DNA of 32,000 nucleotides, from sequence record OZ361284.1. One strand, given 5' to 3'. Made by a program: the position numbers and the translations under genes. Each line of letters begins with the position of its first letter. The first letter of the stretch is position 1. Under the pieces are notes generated by a model, which saw nothing but the letters and a program-made list of their open reading frames with translations, searched no databases and was not told the origin of the DNA. Below, in pieces: positions 1 through 12,540 of this stretch.

Positions 1-4032
<4,032 letters not shown>

Positions 4033-4058
4033 TTATAGTTCTAGATTAACTGAGTAAA

Positions 4059-4358
4059 TTACCATGTTGATTTTTTCAAGCCCGAAATATTTCCAGAACG
4101 TACTAGTCGAAGAAAGACCAGACGTGAGAATCGATACGAGTTTGTCGCTTTTCCTTTTCGACTTGTCATAATACACCTGTTTACCAATCGAGTTTTTACA
4201 CCCTTTTTTGATAACGATGATAGTTTTAAAACAGCATTCCAACGTGTGATATTAACTAGTTTTAAATTTCTTATAATACTTTTTAGAATAAGCCTAATAT
4301 CTTCAAACGCATAAACGTTTGCACGATTAATTTTTTCTTTTTGATGAAATTTTTTCAT
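4059..4358 (-). CDS. rps14: ribosomal protein S14
   Basis: Contains RWNAVLKL and a C-terminal NRCIMTSRKGKATNSYRFSRLVFLRLVRSGNISGLKKSTW, matching S14 signatures. Confidence 0.9.
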   Translation of the reverse strand: MKKFHQKEKINRANVYAFEDIRLILKSIIRNLKLVNITRWNAVLKLSSLSKKGVKTRLVNRCIMTSRKGKATNSYRFSRLVFLRLVRSGNISGLKKSTW

Positions 4359-4361
4359 GTT

Positions 4362-4931
4362 TTAAATTTTTTGAGACTCCCAAGGAGACAAAAACGTGAA
4401 TGTTCTATATTCCTGAGATAGTTCGATTGATTCATTAATCACTCTTTTTTGAGTCTCATGATATCTCATTTCAATGAAACCGCTTAATGGAAAATCTTTT
4501 CTTAACGGGTATCCTTCAAATCCATAGTCTGTAAGGATTCGTTTTAGATTTGAATGATTTTGAAAAAAAACACCAAACATATCCCATATTTCGCATTCGT
4601 ACCAACCTCCGGATAAAAACAGATTGTCGCAAGAATCAATACTCATAAGCTCATGCGCAAATGTTTTTATCCGCAACCGAAAATTGTATCTAATGCTTAA
4701 CAATTCATAGACCAATTTGAAACGATATTTATTCATTGGATAATCAACCCCTGAAATACATGTTAACACTTCAAACTGGTATAGAATATGGTACTTAAAA
4801 AATAGAAGTACGTCTAACAAGACATTTGGCTTCACGACTAAAATTAAGTCTTCATTAAAAACTTGAACTTTCTCTAGAGGACAAACTTTAAGTAAATTTC
4901 GCAGATTCGCAATAACTAATTGTTGATTCAT
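4362..4931 (-). CDS. nad9: NADH dehydrogenase subunit 9
   Basis: GVDYP...RFKLVYELLS...WYECEIWDMFGVFFQNH...LRKDFPLSGF is the NuoC/Nad9 pattern. The start lies 3 nt upstream of rps14. Confidence 0.9.
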   Translation of the reverse strand: MNQQLVIANLRNLLKVCPLEKVQVFNEDLILVVKPNVLLDVLLFFKYHILYQFEVLTCISGVDYPMNKYRFKLVYELLSIRYNFRLRIKTFAHELMSIDSCDNLFLSGGWYECEIWDMFGVFFQNHSNLKRILTDYGFEGYPLRKDFPLSGFIEMRYHETQKRVINESIELSQEYRTFTFLSPWESQKI

Positions 4932-4932
4932 C

Positions 4933-5130
4933 TTATTTTAAAAACTTATGGCGGAATTTTAGATTCTCTTGATCAAGAACTACGTTTATCAATTTTTTTT
5001 TCACACAAAACTTCGAATTTTTAAAATCTTTTTCCGAGAAAATGTGGTTTTTAACTGAATCAGTTCGATCAACAAAACTATAATATAGACTTCCATCAGT
5101 AAGAACGTATATTGATTTTATTTTCTTCAT
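4933..5130 (-). CDS. small basic ORF (65 aa from the ATG at 5130) filling the nad7-nad9 spacer; faint L31-like termini
   Basis: MKKIKSIYVLTDGSLYYSF...QENLKFRHKFLK starts 10 nt after the nad7 stop and ends 1 nt before the nad9 start. It is Lys-rich. The N-terminal MKK.I..Y and C-terminal KF..KF loosely recall ribosomal protein L31. The 89-aa version in the track overlaps nad7 and is less likely. Confidence 0.35.
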   Translation of the reverse strand: MKKIKSIYVLTDGSLYYSFVDRTDSVKNHIFSEKDFKNSKFCVKKKLINVVLDQENLKFRHKFLK

Positions 5131-5140
5131 CTCACAATAT

Positions 5141-6337
5141 TTATCGATCGATCTCTCCAAACACGATGTCTTGAGTTCCAATAATTGTAACCACATCAGC
5201 AATTAAATGACCTTTCGACATGAAATTTAACGCTTGTAAATGATTAAAACCAGGAGCCTTTATTTTACATCGATACGGTCGATTCGTGTTGTTAGAAACC
5301 AAATACACACCAAACTCTCCTTTTGGTGCTTCACTTGCTGTGTAGGTTTCATTTGTTGGTATAATCAAACCTTGTGTATATAATTTGAAATGATGAATTA
5401 AAGATTCCATAGACTGTTTTAACTCACTCCGTGAAGGAGGGGTTATCTTCTTATTGCTGCTTTTTACAATTCCAGACGGAATTCGATTTAGGCATTGCTC
5501 AATGATCTTCAGAGACTCACGCATTTCAAAGACTCGCACCAGATAACGATCATAACAGTCGCCGTTAGTACCTACAGGGATGGAAAAATTTAACTTGTCG
5601 TAAACTTCGTATGGCTGACTTTTACGCAAGTCCCATTTTACCCCAGAACCGCGGAGTATTACACCACTAAAGCCCCATTGATATGCATCTGCTGCCGAAA
5701 CTACGCCAATATCGACAAGTCGTTGCTTCCAGATTCTGTTTTCTGTTAACATATCTTCCATTTCAGTTAATCGAATATTGAATTGTTCAACGAACATAAA
5801 AATGTCGTTTAAAAGACCTTTGGGAATGTCGGCATAAACTCCTCCGGGTCTAAAATACGCGGCGTGCATTCGAGCACCAGACACTCGCTCGTAAAATTCC
5901 ATAAGTTTTTCTCGCTCTTCGAATGCCCATAAAAAAGGAGTCATTGCACCAACGTCCATGGCATGGCAACCAACAGCCAATAAATGGTTTAGAATTCGAG
6001 TAATTTCTGCGAATAACACCCGAATATACTGTGCTCGAATGGGAATTTGACAATGAAACAACTTTTCTATAGCTAAACAGTAAGTATGTTCTTGTGCCAT
6101 CATTGACACATAATCCAAACGATCAAAATACGGTAGAGCTTGGACATAATTTTTATATTCAATTAATTTTTCAGTTCCTCTATGTAGAAGACCAATATGA
6201 GGATCAGCTCTTTCAACAACTTCTCCTTTTAATTCTAACACTAATCTTAAAACTCCGTGAGCTGCAGGATGTTGTGGCCCAAAATTGATAGTAAAATTCT
6301 TTATTTTTTTAATCAAATTTTTTTTTTTTAAAGTCAT
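5141..6337 (-). CDS. nad7: NADH dehydrogenase subunit 7
   Basis: [20 protein letters not shown]...[12 protein letters not shown]...RPGG...[10 protein letters not shown]...DIVFGEIDR is canonical NuoD/Nad7. Confidence 0.95.
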   Translation of the reverse strand: MTLKKKNLIKKIKNFTINFGPQHPAAHGVLRLVLELKGEVVERADPHIGLLHRGTEKLIEYKNYVQALPYFDRLDYVSMMAQEHTYCLAIEKLFHCQIPIRAQYIRVLFAEITRILNHLLAVGCHAMDVGAMTPFLWAFEEREKLMEFYERVSGARMHAAYFRPGGVYADIPKGLLNDIFMFVEQFNIRLTEMEDMLTENRIWKQRLVDIGVVSAADAYQWGFSGVILRGSGVKWDLRKSQPYEVYDKLNFSIPVGTNGDCYDRYLVRVFEMRESLKIIEQCLNRIPSGIVKSSNKKITPPSRSELKQSMESLIHHFKLYTQGLIIPTNETYTASEAPKGEFGVYLVSNNTNRPYRCKIKAPGFNHLQALNFMSKGHLIADVVTIIGTQDIVFGEIDR

Positions 6338-6363
6338 TTATAGTTTTTAAATTGAGAAACATA

Positions 6364-6437
6364 TAAGCCTAAGTAGACTCGAACTACTCACCTTACGCTT
6401 ATCAGGCGTACGCTCTAACCAACTGAGCTATAGGCTT
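6364..6437 (-). tRNA. trnI(GAU): tRNA-Ile (anticodon GAU)
   Basis: Manual cloverleaf: acceptor AAGCCTA/TAGGCTT, D arm GCTC-AGTTGGTTA-GAGC, anticodon stem TACGC/GCGTA with loop CTGATAA, T arm AGTAG-TTCGAGT-CTACT. Confidence 0.9.
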
Positions 6438-6688
6438 TTAATATTGGCAACATTGATAAAAGTTTGAAGTTTTGATCGTTCTTTTGATTTGAGCCAATTA
6501 ATTGTTTTCGTGCGATGAAATTGAAATTATTGTTTTGAATGCTGAAGTTTTTAGTATTTGCCACAAATGGCAACACTCACTTCAGTATGAGAATTTTTTA
6601 ACTCTGAATTAGTCCATCTCGATATTTTCACCGAACAAGAAGACAGTTGGTATATGTTGATGCCCTTGTCAAAACTTTTTAATTGAAA

Positions 6689-6982
6689 TCAGCAAAAAAT
6701 GAAAGGATCCAAATTCAAGTTTTGATTAAGATACGACATACTAACAAAAATTCTAATATAAAGACTTCCATCGTCTGCTAACAAGTCGTTTAGTTTTTTA
6801 GTAACAATAATAACGGAATTAAACTTGTCAGTGAGAAATTTGTTGTTAAAATATTCTAGCATGTGTTCTTGACATGTGAGACCCAGCAAGAATAAATATG
6901 TGTGGATGTTATAAGGTATTTCACCATCTGGCAGAGAGTTATATTCGGTAAATACTTTTGAAAAATCTTTTTCTGTTACCAT
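6689..6982 (-). CDS. hypothetical ORF (97 aa), no recognisable family
   Basis: Open frame on the same strand as neighbouring genes. It is preceded by the same AAAAATATAAATG context as nad3 and nad2. I recognise no conserved motif. Confidence 0.3.
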   Translation of the reverse strand: MVTEKDFSKVFTEYNSLPDGEIPYNIHTYLFLLGLTCQEHMLEYFNNKFLTDKFNSVIIVTKKLNDLLADDGSLYIRIFVSMSYLNQNLNLDPFIFC

Positions 6983-7011
6983 TTATATTTTTTGTTTATT
7001 GACGTGTGTGT

Positions 7012-7116
7012 TATAAAAAACGGTACGTCCATGTGAGAGCTTAAGGACTGTTTTTTACTTCAAATAACTCAAAAAGCAGCTAATTTAATCACTTAAAATA
7101 TTTGTGTCTCCAATTG
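7012..7116. repeat. left arm of an imperfect inverted repeat bracketing the tandem array
   Basis: TATAAAAAACGGTACGTCCATGTGAGAGCTTAAGGACTG...AATCACTTAAAATATTTGTGTCTCCAATTG matches the reverse complement of 8591-8696 at roughly 80 percent by eye. Confidence 0.8.
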
Positions 7117-7155
7117 AAAAAGTTAGTAGGTCTAAGTCTTTTTTCATTGAGAACT

Positions 7156-8550
7156 TCTCCCTTCATATAACTCAAAAAGTATATGAAGGGAGAGGGGTGG
7201 TTGTGTAATATATAATATATATATGGGTATATGTTATTATATCTATATGGGTATATGGATCAGATAATGGTATGACATAATATTGAATACACGATTAATG
7301 AATTATATATTCATGTAATATATCAATGACTACATATCGAAATAAATAGATATAAGATAGTTTACACTATATGTTATTCTGTTTTAACTTGTGTTAAGAT
7401 ATTATATGTTTAATTTCTATTACTTTTCTGTAAGCCTAGCTGTTTTACATGTGGATTCAAAAAGCTAGTCTTAAATTCATGTAAGTCAACGTTAGATACT
7501 TTTTGAGTTATATGAAGGGAGAGGGGTGGTTGTGTAATATATAATATATATATATGGGTATATGTTATTATATCTATATGGGTATATGTTATTATATCTA
7601 TATGGGTATATGTTATTATATCTATATGGGTATATGTTATTATATCTATATGGGTATATGGATCAGATAATGGTATGACATAATATTGAATACACGATTA
7701 ATGAATTATATATTCATGTAATATATCAATGACTACATATCGAAATAAATAGATATAAGATAGTTTACACTATATGTTATTCTGTTTTAACTTGTGTTAA
7801 GATATTATATGTTTAATTTCTATTACTTTTCTGTAAGCCTAGCTGTTTTACATGTGGATTCAAAAAGCTAGGCTTAAATTCATGTAAGTCAACGTTAGAT
7901 ACTTTTTGAGTTATATGAAGGGAGAGGGGTGGTTGTGTAATATATAATATATATATATGGGTATATGTTATTATATCTATATGGGTATATGTTATTATAT
8001 CTATATGGGTATATGTTATTATATCTATATGGGTATATGGATCAGATAATGGTATGACATAATATTGAATACACGATTAATGAATTATATATTCATGTAA
8101 TATATCAATGACTACATATCGAAATAAATAGATATAAGATAGTTTACACTATATGTTATTCTGTTTTAACTTGTGTTAAGATATTATATGTTTAATTTCT
8201 ATTACTTTTCTGTAAGCCTAGCTGTTTTACATGTGGATTCAAAAAGCTAGGCTTAAATTCATGTAAGTCAACGTTAGATACTTTTTGAGTTATATGAAGG
8301 GAGAGGGGTGGTTGTGTAATATATAATATATATATGGGTATATGTTATTATATCTATATGGGTATATGGATCAGATAATGGTATGACATAATATTGAATA
8401 CACGATTAATGAATTATATATTCATGTAATATATCAATGACTACATATCGAAATAAATAGATATAAGATAGTTTACACTATATGTTATTCTGTTTTAACT
8501 TGTGTTAAGATATTATATGTTTAATTTCTATTACTTTTCTGTAAGCTTAG
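7156..8550. repeat. tandem repeat array of about 3.7 units (periods 329, 403, 379 bp, then a truncated unit)
   Basis: The unit-start motif ATATGAAGGGAGAGGGGTGG recurs at 7181, 7510, 7913 and 8292. Unit bodies are near-identical. Length differences are explained by the nested 24 bp repeat plus a 2 bp (TA) difference. The last unit diverges after CTGTAAGC at about 8545. Confidence 0.95.
7556..7651. repeat. nested 24 bp mini-repeat GGGTATATGTTATTATATCTATAT (4 copies here)
   Basis: The same 24-mer occurs once at 7225-7248, four times at 7556-7651, three times at 7959-8030 and once at 8346-8369. Each run is followed by GGGTATATGGATCAG. Confidence 0.95.
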
Positions 8551-8590
8551 CTTCCCGAATCCCATATGTAAAATCAACGTCCGACACACT

Positions 8591-8696
8591 TATTTGGAGA
8601 CATAAATATTTTAAGTGATTACATTCGATACTTTTTGATTTATATGAAGTAAAAATCAGTTCTTAAAACTTGACATTGACGTACTGTTTTTTATAG
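8591..8696. repeat. right arm of the imperfect inverted repeat
   Basis: The reverse complement reads TATAAAAAACAGTACGTCAATGTCAAGTTTTAAGAACTG...AATCACTTAAAATATTTATGTCTCCAAATA and pairs with 7012-7116. Confidence 0.8.
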
Positions 8697-8730
8697 TAGG
8701 CCGGGTTCAACTCCCGTCAAGAATAATAAA

Positions 8731-9492
8731 ATGATGTTTTTTATACAATGTGATAGCCCTGCGCTTTGGCAAACTTATTTACATGATCCGGCAAGTATTA
8801 CCATGGAAGGTATTTTGATCTTTAACAAACACTTACTGTTTTTATTAACAGTTATTGTATTATTTGTTGCATGGTTGCTTTTTTATACTCTTTATTACTA
8901 TAATGAATATAGTAACAAATTCAATGCAAAATTCGTTCATTCAAATGAATTAGAAATTGTTTGGACATCGGTTCCTGCAATAATTCTTCTAATTATTTCG
9001 ACTCCGTCATTTACATTGTTGTATGCGATGGACGAGATTTCAGAACCTGAATTGTCATTAAAGATTTTGGGACACCAATGGTTTTGGAGCTATGAAATTT
9101 CTGATTTCAACTCGTGTCAAACAAACGAGCAAAGTTTAAAATATGTTTGTTATATGATGGTTTTAGAAGGGCTACCGAAAACCAAACAAGGTTACTTTCG
9201 ATTACTAGAAACAAACAAACGAGTAATTCTACCAACCAATACTCACTTACGATTATTGGTAAGTGCAGCTGATGTTTTACACAGTTGGACAGTGCCGTCG
9301 TTTGGATTAAAAGTAGATGCGTGTCCCGGCCGATTAAATCAATTAAACTTGTTCCTAAAACGGGTTGGAGTGTTTTTTGGTCAATGTAGCGAGATCTGTG
9401 GTGTAAATCACGGATTTATGCCTATAGTAGTTGTGTCATTACCAACACTACAATTCCATCACTACGTTATGACAAAATTAGAATTAGGTTAA
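8731..9492 (+). CDS. cox2: cytochrome c oxidase subunit 2
   Basis: GHQWFWSYE...DVLHSWTVPSFGLKVDACPGRLNQ...GQCSEICGVNHGFMP carries the CuA-site signature. Confidence 0.95.
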   Translation: MMFFIQCDSPALWQTYLHDPASITMEGILIFNKHLLFLLTVIVLFVAWLLFYTLYYYNEYSNKFNAKFVHSNELEIVWTSVPAIILLIISTPSFTLLYAMDEISEPELSLKILGHQWFWSYEISDFNSCQTNEQSLKYVCYMMVLEGLPKTKQGYFRLLETNKRVILPTNTHLRLLVSAADVLHSWTVPSFGLKVDACPGRLNQLNLFLKRVGVFFGQCSEICGVNHGFMPIVVVSLPTLQFHHYVMTKLELG

Positions 9493-9525
9493 GTATTCAA
9501 TAACTATTTCTAACATTTTAGTTTC

Positions 9526-9616
9526 GGAAAGATGACTGAGAGGTTTAAAGTGGAGGTCTGCTAAATCTCTGTATATAAATAAATATATACCGTGGGTTCG
9601 AATCCTACTCTTTCCA
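9526..9616 (+). tRNA. trnS(GCU): tRNA-Ser (anticodon GCU), type II with a long variable arm
   Basis: Acceptor GGAAAGA/TCTTTCC, 3-bp D stem ACT/AGT, anticodon stem GAGGT/ATCTC with loop CTGCTAA, long AT-rich variable arm, T arm GTGGG-TTCGAAT-CCTAC. Confidence 0.85.
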
Positions 9617-9665
9617 AACATATATCATTACATCCGGAAAAAACTATTTTTTTTCAAAACTATAA

Positions 9666-10076
9666 ATGGCTATAAAAATAATACAATTGAACTCAGCACA
9701 GGATTTCATAACTCGTTTCTTTTTTTCCACAACTCATAAAGATATTGAAACATTATATTCAATATTAGGTACAGTTTTGTTAATTTTGCTAGGTGTAATT
9801 CTATTTTCAATAAAACAGCAGGATAAAAATACGTCGAAAAAGTCGGTTGCACATTTAATGCCAGTGCCGTCGGGAGGAAGTAAGCGTTGGACGGATTATG
9901 TGGCCTCTGAGGATCGCCAAGACCTAGGTCTTGTAGGGCTGTCAGTCCAGAGCCTCTCGAACCTAAGGAGCCTATATTATAATTGGGCCCTCCCTTTTAA
10001 TCCACCAGGTTCTGATTGGGTTTGGGATGGGCCTTTCGAGGATTACACCTCCCTCCAGAGGATAATTTTAAGGTAA
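9666..10076 (+). CDS. chimeric ORF (136 aa): duplicated cox1 5' end fused to unrelated GC-richer sequence
   Basis: Positions 9655-9778 align to the cox1 start region (minus strand 4042-3925). The match includes 10 nt upstream of the ATG (AACTATAAATGGCTA) and an identical 24-mer ATTTCATAACTCGTTTCTTTTTTT. Protein: [18 protein letters not shown] against cox1 [18 protein letters not shown]. The remaining ~100 codons have no COX1 similarity. Confidence 0.6.
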   Translation: MAIKIIQLNSAQDFITRFFFSTTHKDIETLYSILGTVLLILLGVILFSIKQQDKNTSKKSVAHLMPVPSGGSKRWTDYVASEDRQDLGLVGLSVQSLSNLRSLYYNWALPFNPPGSDWVWDGPFEDYTSLQRIILR

Positions 10077-10155
10077 ATCCGAAAGAACTTTCTAATTAAA
10101 ATCCTTCTTTAAATTAGCAACAAGGTTCACCTTTAATAAGTGTTCAAAAATATAA

Positions 10156-10617
10156 ATGTCAACAATTATTTCGAATTTAGAAGCAAAAACGTTGTTTAGT
10201 TCCTTGAACTACGAAATTTTAACTAATTTGTCAATTTTCTTCAACACAAACAAATCGTTATTGCATGCAGAATATGTCGCAATATTGGTTTTTTTACTAA
10301 TTGCAATTTTATTAGCTTTTGTAATTGTAATACTATCTTATTTATTAGCAGTTCAAAACCCCGAAACCGAAAAGCTTTCACCGTACGAATGCGGTTTTGA
10401 ACCTTACGAAGATGCTCGGAACACTTTTGAAATTAAGTTCTATGTAGTTGCTATCTTGTTTATTATCTTTGACATTGAAACTATGTTTTTGTTACCGTGG
10501 AGTGTTTCATTATCTCAACTTAGTAATTTAGGTTTCTGGTCAATGATTGATTTTATTATCGAGTTAGGAATTGGTTTTATTTATGTGTGGTATGTTGGTG
10601 CCTTAGAGTGGGATTAA
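10156..10617 (+). CDS. nad3: NADH dehydrogenase subunit 3 (ATG start gives a ~35-aa N-terminal extension; alternative TTG start at 10261)
   Basis: EKLSPYECGFEP...FDIETMFLLPW is canonical Nad3. The conserved body starts near residue 38 (AEYVAILVF). Confidence 0.92.
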   Translation: MSTIISNLEAKTLFSSLNYEILTNLSIFFNTNKSLLHAEYVAILVFLLIAILLAFVIVILSYLLAVQNPETEKLSPYECGFEPYEDARNTFEIKFYVVAILFIIFDIETMFLLPWSVSLSQLSNLGFWSMIDFIIELGIGFIYVWYVGALEWD

Positions 10618-10629
10618 TACCTATTTTTT

Positions 10630-10703
10630 GTTAGAGAGGAGTAATTGGTAAACTCGTTAGGCTCATGCCCTAAAGATTGTAGGTTCAAGTCCTACCTCTG
10701 ACA
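10630..10703 (+). tRNA. trnM(CAU): tRNA with anticodon CAU (Met, fMet or lysidine-Ile; not resolvable by eye)
   Basis: Acceptor GTTAGAG/CTCTGAC (one G-U pair), D arm GAGT/ACTC, anticodon stem TTAGG/CCTAA with loop CTCATGC, T arm GTAGG-TTCAAGT-CCTAC. Confidence 0.8.
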
Positions 10704-10739
10704 AATAAATCAATTTTAATAGTGAAAAAAAAATACCTT

Positions 10740-10815
10740 GGCAGATATAACTCAGTTGGTTTAGAGTATTAGGTTGTGGTCCTAAAAGTCACGGGTTCAA
10801 GTCCCGTTATTTGCC
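10740..10815 (+). tRNA. trnH(GUG): tRNA-His (anticodon GUG) with a genomically encoded G-1
   Basis: G at -1 sits opposite C73. Acceptor GCAGATA/TATTTGC, D arm ACTC/GAGT, anticodon stem TTAGG/CCTAA with loop TTGTGGT, T arm ACGGG-TTCAAGT-CCCGT. Confidence 0.88.
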
Positions 10816-12540
10816 ATCTGTTTGTAAATTTTTGTAAGTATTTCTTTAGCATCTTAAAAAAGTCATTTTAAAGCGTTAAAAGGAGCCCTATGCATCAAAA
10901 AAATAAATGGACGTATCTTGACGATATGTAAATTCTGTCTTGAAGACGCAAAGGAGTTTACGTCTCCGTAACGGGAAACCGATCAATAAAAGTTGAATCT
11001 TTTATATTTTGTTGAGATTAATTCTCAGACAATAATACAAAAAAGATAAAATTAGCGAATTGAACCATCTAAGTAGCTAATAAAAAAATCAACCGAGAAT
11101 ACTGTAAGTAGTGGCGAGCGAACGCAGTAAAGGCTTTTTTTGTTTTTACGCAGATCCAAACCGATTAGTAAAAACAGATTTAATTAATCACACACTAATT
11201 TAAATTTCCAAAGAAGGTATTTTTAGGTAAGTCCTGTAAAATTTAGTTGTAATAATTAAAAACAGTAGAATAAAACAAGTCATGTTTTGTTTGAAGACTG
11301 AGGTCCCACCCTCAAAGCCTAAATAATTTTTGATGATAGATAGCGAATAAGTACCGTGAGGGGAAGGGATGAAATTTAATGCTGACAATCAGTTGAAGCT
11401 TCAAATCTTTTGAAAAGTGACAGCGATCCTTTTGCATAATGCGTCAACGAGTTTATTTTAGAGGCAAGCTTAAGCTATATAAAGTGTAGGCGAAAAGAAA
11501 TTAAATAAAGTTTTAAATTGCTTTTTAAGTCACTAAAATAAGACCCGAAACTAAGTGATCTAACCATGAACAGGTTGAATTTAAAGCGGCAACGCTTATT
11601 GGAGGACCGAACCCGTGTATGTGGAAAGATACTGGAATGATTTGTGGTTAGGGGTGAAAGGCCAATCAAACTTAGAGATAGCTGGTTTTCTGCGAAATCT
11701 ATTTAAGTAGAGCGTTTAAAAACTTTGATTTGAGGTAGAGCTCTTAATAAATAAGGGGGGTGTAAAACTTTACCGAATTTAATAAAACTTCGAATACAAA
11801 ACAAAAGAGTTTAAGCAGACAGACTGTGGGTGCTAAGATTCACAGTCAAGAGGGAAACAGCCCAGACTATTTGTTAAGGTCCTTAAAAGTAATTAAGTGA
11901 AAAAGAAAGTGAAAAAATTTTAACAACCGGAAGGTAGGCTTGGAAGCAGCCATCCTTTAAAGAAAGCGTAACAGCTCACTGGTTTAGTTTTGTTGCGTCA
12001 AAAATGTAGAGGGACTAATATTACTTGCCGAAGCAATAGATTTAAATTATCAAAATTTAAATGGTAGCAGAACGTTCTGTAAATCAACGGAGGTTTATGG
12101 TGACATAAACTGAAGAAATCAGAAGTGTAGATGTTGACATGAGTAGCGAAAAACAATGTAACAAGCATTGTTGCCTTAAGTTCAAGGTTTTCAAAGCAAG
12201 TCTATTCCTCTTTGGCTCAATCGGTCCCTAAGATTTTGACGAAAGTTAAAAATCGATGGGAAATAATATTATTGTAATCTAAAGTGACAAAGTATGAAAA
12301 TTATTTTTATTCAATGGTTTGAATAAAAGTTTTTTAGTATTTTCAAGAAATAGTTTTAGTATAGTCAACCGTACCGTAAACCGACACAGGTGAACAAATT
12401 TAGTAAATTAAGGCACATGAGCGAATTGTATTGAAGGAACTCGGCAAAATGACTCCGTAACTTCGGAATAAGGAGTAGCTTTTTTGGGGCAACCCTTAAA
12501 AGCTGGCACAAAATCGAGGACAGCAACTGTTTAATAAAAA

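Noticed and set aside
4033-4242. A 69-aa minus-strand ORF overlapping rps14.
   Set aside because: It is an alternative frame of a well-supported rps14 and runs into the cox1 leader. No motif is present.
5850-6288. ORFs 5850-6053 (minus) and 6094-6288 (plus) inside nad7.
   Set aside because: They are an alternative frame and an antisense frame of a canonical nad7, so they are spurious.
4933-6982. A shared DGSLY peptide (GATGGAAGTCT.TAT) between the nad7-nad9 spacer ORF and orf97 hinted at a paralogous family.
   Set aside because: Similarity is limited to about 14 nt, or 5 residues, and nothing aligns on either side. This is compatible with chance in AT-rich sequence.
7156-8550. The regularly spaced repeats could be read as a CRISPR array.
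   Set aside because: The sequence between the short repeats is itself repeated (whole-unit tandem duplication), so there are no unique spacers. The context is mitochondrial and there are no cas genes.
8553-8585. CCCGAATCCCAT resembles the conserved CCGATCCCAT core of 5S rRNA, suggesting an rrn5 gene.
   Set aside because: Only about 11 nt match. I could not build helix I or the remaining 5S helices from the flanks. The site lies inside the truncated last repeat unit. A covariance-model search would be needed to revive this idea.
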